Source: a virus. From it: a stretch of 44,089 nucleotides of DNA. The DNA lies in IMG/VR virus record IMGVR_UViG_3300017694_000005, positions 1 through 44,089 of that record, one strand, 5' to 3'. This document shows, piece by piece, positions 18,266-27,745 of the stretch (the stretch's first letter is position 1; each line of letters opens with the position of its first letter). The notes beneath the pieces were generated by a model. It had not been told where the DNA came from. It searched no databases and saw only the letters and a list, made by a program, of their open reading frames with translations. Both the position numbers and the translations under genes were made by a program.

Positions 18266-21200
18266 ATGGCAGACCGCAGGGCTTCGAGCCGTCCCGGTGA
18301 TAGCTACCTTGACGATGGGTACTACCGCCCGATTGAACAGAAGTTTGAGCAGAAGTACGGGTTGCCTGTTGGGCTGCTCGGCCGTATCCGCAAAGACGGA
18401 GAAAAGACCAATCGTGGCGTAGTCTCGTCGGCAGGGGCGCGGTCTGTCTATCAGATCATTCCGCCCACCGCAAAGCTATTCCAGAATAAGTACGGCGTTA
18501 ATGCCTATTCGAGTGACGAGGCTGCTGCTCAGGTAGCAGCCCTTCACCTTAAGGAAAGCTGGGACCGCAGCGATGGCAACATCGAGCGGACAGTGCGGGA
18601 GTATCACGGCGGCCCTAACCCTAAGAACTGGGGCCGCATCAACGACGCCTATGCGCGCCGCGTCACTGGCAAGGCAACCGCCCGGTCCATGACGGTGGAG
18701 GCGCGTGGGACGACTGCGCTGGCTCCTAGCGTCGATCTGGCTTCCGTGGACGTATCGGCCCTGCGTAACGTCGCACCCTCTGATATTGGCTCCCGCAAGC
18801 CTCTCGGGCCTAGGCCGATCACGGAGCGAGACGTGGCCCCGAAGCCGACCGCAGCCGGTTCCATCCTCGCCCCTTATGTCGGCAAGGACGCGACCCCCGG
18901 CAGCGCAGAAGGGACCGCCACAGAGCAACGAGAAGCCTACACGCAGTCTGTGCAGGCCGAGACTGCCCGCGCTGGCGTGACCTTCGGAGAACGGCTTGAG
19001 GCTAGCTGGGACCGCAACTGGATCACGTCTATGGTAGGTCGAGCACTCGAAAGCGACCTCGCACCGGCAGACCCGGAATGGAGCAAGGAGTACGTCCGCA
19101 ACATTGACGCTTACGAGAAGTTTGCAGAGACGCAGGAGGAGCTAGACGAGCTTCGCGGCTCGACGGCTCAGAACAGCCGAGAGGACTTCTACGCTACGGT
19201 TGAGCGTATCCAAAAGCGCCGCGAAACGCAGAAAGTTGTGGACAGCAATGGCACTGGATGGGCATACGACCTCACCGCGTCCTTGACCGACCCTACAGCT
19301 TGGGTTGCCACGGCTGGCGTCAGCAAGGGAGTAAACGCGGTATCGGCTTTTGCTAAGGGCGTCAAGGCTGCTTCGGCTGCTCCGACGCTCGGAACGATGG
19401 CTGCCGAGGGCGCGATAGCCAACCTCGGCTTTACTGGCATCTTGGACGCATCGGGAGAGAAGCAGAGCGTAGGCGACTACGTTATGTCTGGCGCGCTCGG
19501 TGTGGGCATTGGCGCGGCGCTTCACGGCGTTACGACACGGCTCGGAAAGCCTGATGCTAGCGACAGGGCTATTATGGACGCTCTAGAGAAAGAGCGACAG
19601 ACTGCTCTCACAGAGATCAAAGAGGCTGCACAGGCACGAGTTGGCGCTAATGCTGACGACGCGCAGATTGAGCAGGCTATGCAAGCAGAGGCGGCAGATC
19701 GGGCTACACAGGCCCTACGTATGTCCGTCTCGGAGCGCGCCGATAACGACCGGCTAATTCCGGCTGACGAAGAACTGTGGCGCACTACGCCTGAGCAAGC
19801 TGCTATGCTAGCCCAATCTGGCCCGCTTGGGCGGATCAGCGACCCTACCACCCGCCGTATCGGCGCGGAGCTACAGGTGCGGGCCGAAGAGATAACGGAA
19901 CGCGCTCGCGCGGCTGGCGATCTGGATAAGGGCCTTGAGGGCCGTGTATTGCAGATGGCTGGGCAAGAGAGTGACGCGCTTACGATGTTGCGGTCTAACA
20001 ACCCGATGTTGCAGGCAACCGCTATTCAGCTTCTCGAAAGCACTACCGGAGCAGGCGGGCGTAAGCCTTCTGCTGCCCTTACGCTAGTGATGCGCCAGCG
20101 CGCCTATATGGAGCACATGGTAAATTACGATCAGGCGTTTGACCTTTGGCGGCAAGCTGAGGGTAAAGGCAAGCTGGCAGCGATGCTCTCCCCGGATCAC
20201 CGGGCTGAGTTTGACCGGCTGGTATTCCGTGAAGTAGAGGCACGGGGCGGCTTTGGCGAGCTTTCCAATAACGGGGCTGTCCGCAGGGCGGCTGACGCTT
20301 GGGAAGCGGGCATGGATAAGATGCGGCGTGAAATGCAGGAGATTGGTACGCTAGGCGCTGAGCGTTTGGGCAATACCAGTGTCGGCTATATGTCGCACCA
20401 GATCGACGCGCAGAAGTTGCGCAAGCTGACTGACGCCCAACGGAGCAATGTCGAGAATATCTTCGCGCAGCAGTTCCGGCAGCTCAACGAGTATAGCTAC
20501 ATCAACGAGGAAGGCGAGAAGGTCGTTAAGGCTTTCGATGCTAAGTTCTCTAAGGAGCTAGCCAAGCGGTATATCTACGAGGCTATTGAGCGGAGCAAGG
20601 GTGCGACTTTCGTACCAGCTAACCTGCAAAGCCCGGAAGCGGTGGATATTATCAGTGACGCCATCAAGACCATGCAAGGTATTGCGCCTGCGGACAAAGA
20701 GGCCCTGCTGGGCAAGTTCTCGCGGGGCGGTGCTAAGTTCACCAAGAAGCGCCTTCGCTTCGATCTGACCCAAGATATTGGCGAAGGTCGGCAGCTTGGC
20801 GACTTGTTCAATCAAGATCTGCTTACGCTCTATCGCAACTACTCTCGCCGCGTGGCGGGTGAAGTGGCGCTTGGGCAGTACGGAGTGCTTGGGAAGCAGA
20901 CGCTCGATATTATGCGCACGGTAGCTTCGGTTACGGGCGCAACGGATAAAGAGCTTGCGGCTTTTGAGCGAGTGTCTTCGGAGTTCTTGAACCAGCCTTG
21001 GCGTCCCGGCCAGCATGACAATGCTTTCCGCACGCTGCGCTCGATTACCTCGTCGTCCATGCTGGGCGGTATGGGCATTACGCAGTTGGGCGAACTCGGT
21101 AACGCATTGCCCGTAGTAGGTGTCAAGGGCGTACTTGCAGTCAGTAAGGAACTAATCCCCGGCCTAGGTCGCCTCCGTAAGGAGATCGGCATGTGGAAGG

Positions 21201-22240
21201 CGGGTGGCGCACCTAAGAACCCGATCCTTGCCGACTTCGATGAAATCTACGGATTTATCGGCGGCGACGATTATGCTATGACCCGACTGTTCGATGCGCC
21301 GGAAGGTAACATCGACCTGTACGATCAGCAGAGCATCGGGCACCTTAGCAAGGCTGTCCGAGCCGGTTCGCACTTTACCGCAGTCGCTTCGGGCTTCCGA
21401 GTGATCCACGCGGTACAGCAGCGAGGAATGGCTGAGCAGCTTGTAAAGAAGGCTATCCGATATATCCACTTGGACAAGGAAAGCACCGCTCTGGCGGATA
21501 TGGGCATCAATGAGGAAATCCGGTCGGCCCTAAAGGCTAACATGGATAAGATCGCGACCTTTGATAAGAAGGGCAATCTGACAGGGCTTAACCTGTTGGG
21601 CGAACACGGCGTACCGGCAAGGGTCATCCATGACTTTGCACAGGCTCTCGAACGAGGGGCTGGGCAGATCATTCAGAAGACCTACATTGGCGAGACAGGT
21701 CCGTGGGCGCACAGCGAGTTCCTTAAGATGCTGTTGCAGTTCCGCACGTTTGGTATCACCAGCATCGAAAAGCAGTACGGACGTAACCGCGCTAACTATG
21801 GCGCAATCAAGTCCTTCGGCATCTTGCTGGGAGCTATGAGCTTCGCATTCCCGATCCATATGGCGCGGGTCAATGTGCAGGCTGCTGGCATGAGCCGCGC
21901 TAAGCGGGACGAGTTCCTTGAGGAACGCACCAATGCACTAGCACTCGCTAGAGCGACGATGCAATACACCAGCGTCTCGGGCCTAGCGCCTGATGCTCTG
22001 GACCTCATGAGCACGTTCGGCAGCAAGGTAGGCGTCATTCCCAAGGACACTGCTGACACGATGGGCATTGCCGGTCGTCCGGTAGCTACTTCGGGTCTTA
22101 TCCCCGTTCTTGGCATGACCGATAAGGTCTACAAGGGCACCGTGGGAGCCGACTTCGACAAACTGCGGCAGGTGTTGCCGGGAGCTAACCTTCCGTTCGT
22201 AACGCCTATAATCAACGGCCTCACTTCTGAGGACGAATAA
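18266..22240 (+). CDS. Internal virion protein C (gp16-like) with an N-terminal lytic transglycosylase-like domain.
   Basis: 1324 aa. N-terminus YGLPVGLLGRIRKDGEKTN...SSAGARSVYQIIPPTAKLF resembles the T7 gp16 SLT region (by-eye comparison). Confidence 0.8.
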   Translation: MADRRASSRPGDSYLDDGYYRPIEQKFEQKYGLPVGLLGRIRKDGEKTNRGVVSSAGARSVYQIIPPTAKLFQNKYGVNAYSSDEAAAQVAALHLKESWDRSDGNIERTVREYHGGPNPKNWGRINDAYARRVTGKATARSMTVEARGTTALAPSVDLASVDVSALRNVAPSDIGSRKPLGPRPITERDVAPKPTAAGSILAPYVGKDATPGSAEGTATEQREAYTQSVQAETARAGVTFGERLEASWDRNWITSMVGRALESDLAPADPEWSKEYVRNIDAYEKFAETQEELDELRGSTAQNSREDFYATVERIQKRRETQKVVDSNGTGWAYDLTASLTDPTAWVATAGVSKGVNAVSAFAKGVKAASAAPTLGTMAAEGAIANLGFTGILDASGEKQSVGDYVMSGALGVGIGAALHGVTTRLGKPDASDRAIMDALEKERQTALTEIKEAAQARVGANADDAQIEQAMQAEAADRATQALRMSVSERADNDRLIPADEELWRTTPEQAAMLAQSGPLGRISDPTTRRIGAELQVRAEEITERARAAGDLDKGLEGRVLQMAGQESDALTMLRSNNPMLQATAIQLLESTTGAGGRKPSAALTLVMRQRAYMEHMVNYDQAFDLWRQAEGKGKLAAMLSPDHRAEFDRLVFREVEARGGFGELSNNGAVRRAADAWEAGMDKMRREMQEIGTLGAERLGNTSVGYMSHQIDAQKLRKLTDAQRSNVENIFAQQFRQLNEYSYINEEGEKVVKAFDAKFSKELAKRYIYEAIERSKGATFVPANLQSPEAVDIISDAIKTMQGIAPADKEALLGKFSRGGAKFTKKRLRFDLTQDIGEGRQLGDLFNQDLLTLYRNYSRRVAGEVALGQYGVLGKQTLDIMRTVASVTGATDKELAAFERVSSEFLNQPWRPGQHDNAFRTLRSITSSSMLGGMGITQLGELGNALPVVGVKGVLAVSKELIPGLGRLRKEIGMWKAGGAPKNPILADFDEIYGFIGGDDYAMTRLFDAPEGNIDLYDQQSIGHLSKAVRAGSHFTAVASGFRVIHAVQQRGMAEQLVKKAIRYIHLDKESTALADMGINEEIRSALKANMDKIATFDKKGNLTGLNLLGEHGVPARVIHDFAQALERGAGQIIQKTYIGETGPWAHSEFLKMLLQFRTFGITSIEKQYGRNRANYGAIKSFGILLGAMSFAFPIHMARVNVQAAGMSRAKRDEFLEERTNALALARATMQYTSVSGLAPDALDLMSTFGSKVGVIPKDTADTMGIAGRPVATSGLIPVLGMTDKVYKGTVGADFDKLRQVLPGANLPFVTPIINGLTSEDE
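19571..19592 (+). promoter_or_regulatory. Copy C of the exact 22-mer, inside the internal virion protein C coding sequence.
   Basis: Identical to 7052-7073 and 31311-31332. It encodes part of ...AIMDALEKE... Confidence 0.45.
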
Positions 22241-22246
22241 CATACG

Positions 22247-22288
22247 GCCCACCCCGCTGATGCTTCGGCTCAAGGGTGGGCTTTTCTT
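22247..22288 (+). terminator. Rho-independent-type terminator after the internal virion protein genes.
   Basis: The GCCCACCC (22247-54) / GGGTGGGC (22274-81) stem is followed by TTTTCTT. Confidence 0.7.
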
Positions 22289-22303
22289 AAGGAGATAGGC
22301 GGA

Positions 22304-24232
22304 GTGCCTGAATTTTCAACGCTCAATGAGTACGCTGGCGATGGCAGCACTACCGTATGGCAGATTAGCTTTACGGGCGGCTATCTTAGCAGAGAGCACG
22401 TAAAGGTCCAAGTGTTCGACGATTTGGACTTTGAGAACGGCGTGCCCGTCAATTTCAGCTTTATCAGCGACTACAGCATCAGCATCACCCCGGCTGTTAG
22501 CGTAGGCAAGTTTATCCGCATTTACCGTGATACGCCCACCAAGGTGCCTATCGTGGATTTCTCGGACGGCTCTGTTATCAATGAGCGGACGCTCGACCAA
22601 AATGCTAAGCAGGCGGTATTCGCTCTTGCCGAAATTAAGGATCGGGTTGACCCTCTGCTGGCTGATCTGTCCAACGCGGACGAGCGGTTCAAAGGCTCTC
22701 CGGGTGGGAACGTCATGGCAGTAGGTGTGTTCTCTGCAATCCAAGGGATGACCATTCCCGTAGGAGTGGACGCTATCCGCACTACTGGCCCCGGAGCCTC
22801 TTGGTATATCGCTTTCAATGGCACTGACGCCTTGGTCCTAAAGCATCCCCTAGCGATCACTAAGACTGCAAATGGGCGGTACTTTAGGCTCAGCCCGGAA
22901 CACCTTACGCTTAAGGCATTCGGCGCAGACCCAACGGGCGCTGTGTCGGCTGTGCCTGCCTTGCGGGCCTTGATTGCCTATTGCGGCGAGCCGACCTTCT
23001 TTCCCCCTTGGTCCCCCTATGCCGGTGGACGTGCTGCGTACCGCATTGACTGCGGGGTCGGCACGTATAAGGTGGATGAAGAGGTCTCTATCAACGGGTT
23101 CGTGGCGCATTGGCGTGGCGGGTCGTCTAGTAGTGGCGGCTATGCTATGGGCGCGGCAACTCGCTTCAAATGCACCTTTACTGGGCGGTTCCGCCTTGAT
23201 CGTGGAGACACCGGCCCTCTGGCTGGCCAAGTCGTAAGCGGAGCGGACGGATCAGTCTTTGAAGGTATCGTGTTTGAGGGCAGCAGGGGCGGCTATAACC
23301 TGTTCACTGCTCACTGCACATTCCGGTTTGAGCACACGTCCTGTATTGGTAGTGGCTATCACGGCCTTTACATTCAAGCGTCTTCTGGCGCAACGGATGA
23401 TTACAAGGGCAATGCCAGCAGCAATATCATCATAGGCGGCGACTTTTCTTACAACTTGGGTTCAGGTATCTGTTCCGAAGGCGCAGATGCTAACGCCAGC
23501 CGGGCTATTGGTTTCTCTGCTGTAGACAACAGCCGCTATGGTGTTGAGGACATTTCGTTCCTCGGTAATCACTGGGATCCAGTTAATCTGCGTTCCAACC
23601 AGCTTGGCCATATTTATATCCCTAACGCTAACGCTACTGGCGGCTCTATGGCTGGTTACGAAGAAGGTGGTTCGCCCCTTTCTCATGTCGGCCAGAATTG
23701 TCTGGTAGTTGGCGGTACTCGTGGTTCAGGCTATACCTACAACTCCCCCTACCTCTATGGGCGGTTCGGGTGTGTAGGCGCTAATGGCGTCATCCTTGAG
23801 CGCAAGTCAGCACTCAACCCCTCTAAGCTCCTGACGGTTAGCATTGCTACCTCGTTTGATGCTGGGCAGGTGTTTACGACTTCCATAGCAGGAGTGCCCG
23901 GTGATCGAAACCTTCGATACATCGGGAATGACTTGGTGTGGGGCAATGGCCAAGGCGCGAATGACATAGACCATATCATCACTGGCGTGGGTACGACCTA
24001 CAAGTTTGGTCGTGCCAATCCGGCATCTTATGGTGTCAATATGTTCCGCCGGGGGCTGTCTCTCGGCAATCGCATTTGGACGGACGGCCTAGCTGCTCCT
24101 ACCACAGGCGAACATGCACGAGGCGAAATTGTCTGGAACTACGATCCGGCAGCAGGCGGCACGCTTGGCTGGGTTTGCGTTCAGGGCGGTACGCCCGGTG
24201 TTTGGAAGACGTTCGGCAATATCGCCGCATAA
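22304..24232 (+). CDS. Tail fiber / tailspike: T7-type N-terminal adaptor domain plus beta-helix (pectate-lyase-like) body.
   Basis: 642 aa with a GTG start after AAGGAG. The N-terminus YAGDGSTTVWQISF...IYRDTPTKVPIVDFSDGSVINERTLDQNAKQ matches the T7 gp17 N-domain pattern. Repetitive G/N/S-rich strands follow (NIIIGGDFSYNLGSG...). Confidence 0.85.
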   Translation: MPEFSTLNEYAGDGSTTVWQISFTGGYLSREHVKVQVFDDLDFENGVPVNFSFISDYSISITPAVSVGKFIRIYRDTPTKVPIVDFSDGSVINERTLDQNAKQAVFALAEIKDRVDPLLADLSNADERFKGSPGGNVMAVGVFSAIQGMTIPVGVDAIRTTGPGASWYIAFNGTDALVLKHPLAITKTANGRYFRLSPEHLTLKAFGADPTGAVSAVPALRALIAYCGEPTFFPPWSPYAGGRAAYRIDCGVGTYKVDEEVSINGFVAHWRGGSSSSGGYAMGAATRFKCTFTGRFRLDRGDTGPLAGQVVSGADGSVFEGIVFEGSRGGYNLFTAHCTFRFEHTSCIGSGYHGLYIQASSGATDDYKGNASSNIIIGGDFSYNLGSGICSEGADANASRAIGFSAVDNSRYGVEDISFLGNHWDPVNLRSNQLGHIYIPNANATGGSMAGYEEGGSPLSHVGQNCLVVGGTRGSGYTYNSPYLYGRFGCVGANGVILERKSALNPSKLLTVSIATSFDAGQVFTTSIAGVPGDRNLRYIGNDLVWGNGQGANDIDHIITGVGTTYKFGRANPASYGVNMFRRGLSLGNRIWTDGLAAPTTGEHARGEIVWNYDPAAGGTLGWVCVQGGTPGVWKTFGNIAA

Positions 24233-24244
24233 CAGGAGAATTTA

Positions 24245-24577
24245 GTGTCGGCTACTGAGAAGAAGCTGGGAGCATTGCACGAGAAGGTTGCGGAGGTCTT
24301 GATCGACGCACTGGATGGTGAGGAGCTTCCAGCTTACCAAGACCCTGAGAGCGGGGAGGTTATGGAAGCAAAGCGTATCCCGCCCTCGGCGGCGATCATA
24401 GCGGCTGCCACTAAGTTCCTCAAGGATAATGAGATCACCTGCGTCAAGGATACCGGCAACGCCCTTGGCGAGCTGGAAGCTAAGATGCAGGAGCGACGGG
24501 CGCGTCGTGCTAAGGCTAGTGTGGTGGACCTCGACGAGGCTCGCCGTGACGCGCAGTTCATGATCGGAGGTAAATAA
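24245..24577 (+). CDS. terS: Terminase small subunit.
   Basis: 110 aa with a GTG start after AGGAGA. It lies directly upstream of, and is coupled to, the large terminase gene. Confidence 0.7.
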   Translation: MSATEKKLGALHEKVAEVLIDALDGEELPAYQDPESGEVMEAKRIPPSAAIIAAATKFLKDNEITCVKDTGNALGELEAKMQERRARRAKASVVDLDEARRDAQFMIGGK

Positions 24578-26361
24578 TGGCTGAGGGCAGTAAGGAGGCT
24601 GAAATCCGTTGGCGCAAGCTAGAGCTTGTCCAGCAGGAATACTCCTCCTTCGCCCCCTTTCTCGATGACTGCATGGATTTGCTGGGCTTTAGTACCAGTC
24701 CCGTGCAGCACGACATTGGGAGCTTCATGGCCTATGGGCCGCAGTACCTTATGGTGCAGGCCCAGCGCGGACAGGCTAAGACGACCATCGCCGCGATCTT
24801 CGCGGTATGGACGCTAATACAGAACCCGCACTACCGTGTGCTAGTCCTCTCCGCAGGCGGCACACAGGCTAACGAGATTAGCACCCTGATCGTCCGCATC
24901 ATCATGACGATGGACGAGCTTGAGTGCATGAGGCCAGACAAGGCCAACGGCGACCGTACCTCAGTAGAGGCGTTCGACTTGCACCATACCCTCAAGGGTC
25001 TGGATAAATCGCCCAGCGTGGCCTGCATCGGCATCACCGGCAACTTGCAGGGCAAGCGCGCCGATCTGCTGATCCCCGACGATATTGAGAGTTCTAAGAA
25101 CAGCCGTACCGCGACCATGCGGGAACTGCTCATGGACCTCACCCGAGACTTTACCTCCATCAACTCGACCGGACGCATCCTATATCTAGGAACGCCGCAG
25201 AGCATGGAGAGTATCTACAACACCCTGCCGTCGCGCGGCTTCACTGTGCGCATCTGGCCGGGGCGGTTCCCCACTTTTGAGCAGCTTGACAACTACGGCG
25301 ATATGCTCGCCCCGTTCGTTAAGTCTCGCCTAGAGCGCAATCCTAGCCTCATGGTTGGTGGCGGGCTACTGGGCGATCAAGGCCAGCCTACTGACCCCAC
25401 CTACCTTACTGAGGAAATCCTACAGAAGAAGGAACGGGATCAGGGACCGAGCTACTTCCAGCTACAGCACATGCTCAACACGGCTCTTGCCGATGCTGCG
25501 CGCTTCCCGCTGAAACTAGAAGACGTGATCTGCTTAAACCTTGGCCGCAAGGCTAAGCCGGTTGGGCAAGACGTATATCCGCTCACTGTCACTCGTGGTA
25601 TCGGGCTAGGTCTCAAAGACATTAGCATCCACTCCGTCCCGTACAAGCTGGGCGTAGCAGGGCCGGTATCTGACGAACGGCAGGCACTTCAAGGCACCAT
25701 CATGTACGTCGATCCTGCCGGTGGCGGCAAGAACGGCGACGAGACGGCGTACGCTGTCACGGGCTTCCTGAACGGCAACATTTACGTGTTGGCGGCAGGC
25801 GGCGTTCCCGGTGGCTACGGTATGCCACAGATGGAGGCTCTGGCTGACATTGCTGCCGACTGGCGGGTCAACGAGGTTGTGGTCGAGAAGAACATGGGCT
25901 ACGGTGCATTTACTGTGGTCTGGCTTCCCGTGCTGCGAGCGAAGCATCCGTGCAAGGTCAGCGAAGACTTCGTGACCGGGCAGAAGGAACTACGCATTGT
26001 AGAGACCCTAGAGCCGATCATCGCGAGAGGCTCGCTAATCCTCAACGAGGCAATCATTGAGGACGATCAGCAGCAGACTGCCAAGTACGAGGCCAGCAAG
26101 CGCATCCTCTACAGCCTGTTCCACCAGATCAGCAAGATGACCCGCGAGCGGGACGCCTTGATCCACGATGACCGTGCTGACGCCCTTGAGGGTGCTTGCC
26201 GGTACTGGGCCAAGTATCTCGCCATCAATCAGGAGGATCAGCTTAGGAAGACACGCGAGGAGGAGTGGAAGGCCAGAACCGCAGACGTAATGCAGCGCAA
26301 CAGAAACGCTGCTCCCGTAACCAGAGGCCGATCAGTCCTCGACAAGTATCTTAGGAGATAA
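24577..26361 (+). CDS. terL: Terminase large subunit.
   Basis: 594 aa. Contains an ATPase P-loop-like QRGQAKTT and a nuclease half (VDPAGGGKNGDETA). Size and synteny resemble T7 gp19. Confidence 0.9.
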   Translation: MAEGSKEAEIRWRKLELVQQEYSSFAPFLDDCMDLLGFSTSPVQHDIGSFMAYGPQYLMVQAQRGQAKTTIAAIFAVWTLIQNPHYRVLVLSAGGTQANEISTLIVRIIMTMDELECMRPDKANGDRTSVEAFDLHHTLKGLDKSPSVACIGITGNLQGKRADLLIPDDIESSKNSRTATMRELLMDLTRDFTSINSTGRILYLGTPQSMESIYNTLPSRGFTVRIWPGRFPTFEQLDNYGDMLAPFVKSRLERNPSLMVGGGLLGDQGQPTDPTYLTEEILQKKERDQGPSYFQLQHMLNTALADAARFPLKLEDVICLNLGRKAKPVGQDVYPLTVTRGIGLGLKDISIHSVPYKLGVAGPVSDERQALQGTIMYVDPAGGGKNGDETAYAVTGFLNGNIYVLAAGGVPGGYGMPQMEALADIAADWRVNEVVVEKNMGYGAFTVVWLPVLRAKHPCKVSEDFVTGQKELRIVETLEPIIARGSLILNEAIIEDDQQQTAKYEASKRILYSLFHQISKMTRERDALIHDDRADALEGACRYWAKYLAINQEDQLRKTREEEWKARTADVMQRNRNAAPVTRGRSVLDKYLRR

Positions 26362-26363
26362 TT

Positions 26364-26969
26364 TTGTCCCTTAATCAGTTCCTAGACGGCGGCAATCGCA
26401 TGGTATCGGTTACGCCTAGTGCTCCTCTGCCGGTGACTATCGCCGGTTCGGACCCGGCTGCTTACCAGCGCGTTCAGCTATACTCTGGCACGACTGCGCT
26501 GGGCACAGGTGGCGACAACGCTGACGGTTCTAGCACGACCAGTTCCACCAGCAGGCTCACGGTACTAGCTCGCAACACCTACTTTAACGGCGCTACGTGG
26601 GACCGCCAGCGCGGCAATGCCGCAGGCGCTTTCACTGAGCGCATGTCCTTCTGGACCGATAGTGTTACGCCGCTGGCAGCTAGCGCCGCCTTCACCGGAG
26701 GCAACCGCGACAACACCGGCCTCGTTGGCGGCATCGGCACTCGCTACACGGACTTTATTGGTGAAGTGTTTACCGATCAGGCTGGCACGCTCATTATCGA
26801 GAAGTCCGCCGACGCAACGACTTGGCGGCAGGCCGCATCCATGCCTGTAGTGGCGAACCAGAATGCGCAGCTTAAGGTTGCCATGAGCACTCGCTATTAC
26901 CGGACCCGGTTCGTCAATGGTGCTACGGCTAACACCGTGCTCTTCCTTACCTCTGCGCTGACCTCCTAA
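26364..26969 (+). CDS. Hypothetical beta-rich protein, first gene of the post-terminase accessory block.
   Basis: 201 aa with a TTG start 7 nt after TAGGAGA. No motif recognised. Confidence 0.6.
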   Translation: MSLNQFLDGGNRMVSVTPSAPLPVTIAGSDPAAYQRVQLYSGTTALGTGGDNADGSSTTSSTSRLTVLARNTYFNGATWDRQRGNAAGAFTERMSFWTDSVTPLAASAAFTGGNRDNTGLVGGIGTRYTDFIGEVFTDQAGTLIIEKSADATTWRQAASMPVVANQNAQLKVAMSTRYYRTRFVNGATANTVLFLTSALTS

Positions 26970-27277
26970 TGGCGGCGCTCCAAGACGGCAAGGAGCTTGC
27001 TGTCGGGGCCACACTGCTGGGTGACGTTACCGTCAGCTTCAACGCGACTATCGCGGTGGGCGCGAGTAACCGACATATCAGCGTGGCCCTGGCAGGGGTC
27101 CAGCCGGGAGACACTCTCTCCGTAAGGCCCACATCAGGCTATCCCGATGGCTACAGTATTGGGGCTGCATACTGCGTAACAGCAGGAACCCTCGTTGTTC
27201 CTGTATCGCATCCGGCCCTCGTTCTCAATGCCTCTTTCTCTATTCAGGCGCGGGTGTTCCGCGTTATGACCAACTAA
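26969..27277 (+). CDS. Hypothetical small beta-rich protein.
   Basis: 102 aa with a TAATG overlap to the upstream gene. Confidence 0.55.
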   Translation: MAALQDGKELAVGATLLGDVTVSFNATIAVGASNRHISVALAGVQPGDTLSVRPTSGYPDGYSIGAAYCVTAGTLVVPVSHPALVLNASFSIQARVFRVMTN

Positions 27278-27292
27278 TTCAGGAGACTTTCT

Positions 27293-27745
27293 ATGCGTGA
27301 AGTAGACCTGCCCAGCCCCGGCTTTGGCAGCAAATCAATGCACCTTCGCCGTATTGCGGCTAACACCATTACCGCCGTCGAACTCGGCGCAGCGCGTAAC
27401 GTTGGCGGCGTCGGTTCAGAGGCCGCTAAACTCAAGGCGTTCTTTGACGCTTGCGCGGCTGCTGCCCTTGAGCTTACCAAGATCATGCCGATCATGACCC
27501 TTGTGACCGCTGGCGGCGCTAAGACCGTGGCGGTCGGCGCAACTCTGGCCACCACCGCGAATAAGGGCGGCTCGGCTGGCGTCGTGACTTACACCAGCAG
27601 CGATCCCGCTGTGGCCACGGTCAGCGCTTCCGGCGTCATCACTGGTGTCGCTCCGGGCGACGTGGTTATTCTGGCCCGCATGGCGGGTACGGCCACCTAC
27701 CGCGCTTCGAGTGCCTCTGTCGGCGTCAGCGTGGTCTCTGCATAA
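27293..27745 (+). CDS. Ig-like (Big_2-type) domain protein with an N-terminal module shared with the next gene.
   Basis: 150 aa. The C-terminus VTYTSSDPAVATVSASGVITGVAPGDVVILARMAG is a typical bacterial Ig-like group 2 pattern. Confidence 0.75.
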   Translation: MREVDLPSPGFGSKSMHLRRIAANTITAVELGAARNVGGVGSEAAKLKAFFDACAAAALELTKIMPIMTLVTAGGAKTVAVGATLATTANKGGSAGVVTYTSSDPAVATVSASGVITGVAPGDVVILARMAGTATYRASSASVGVSVVSA

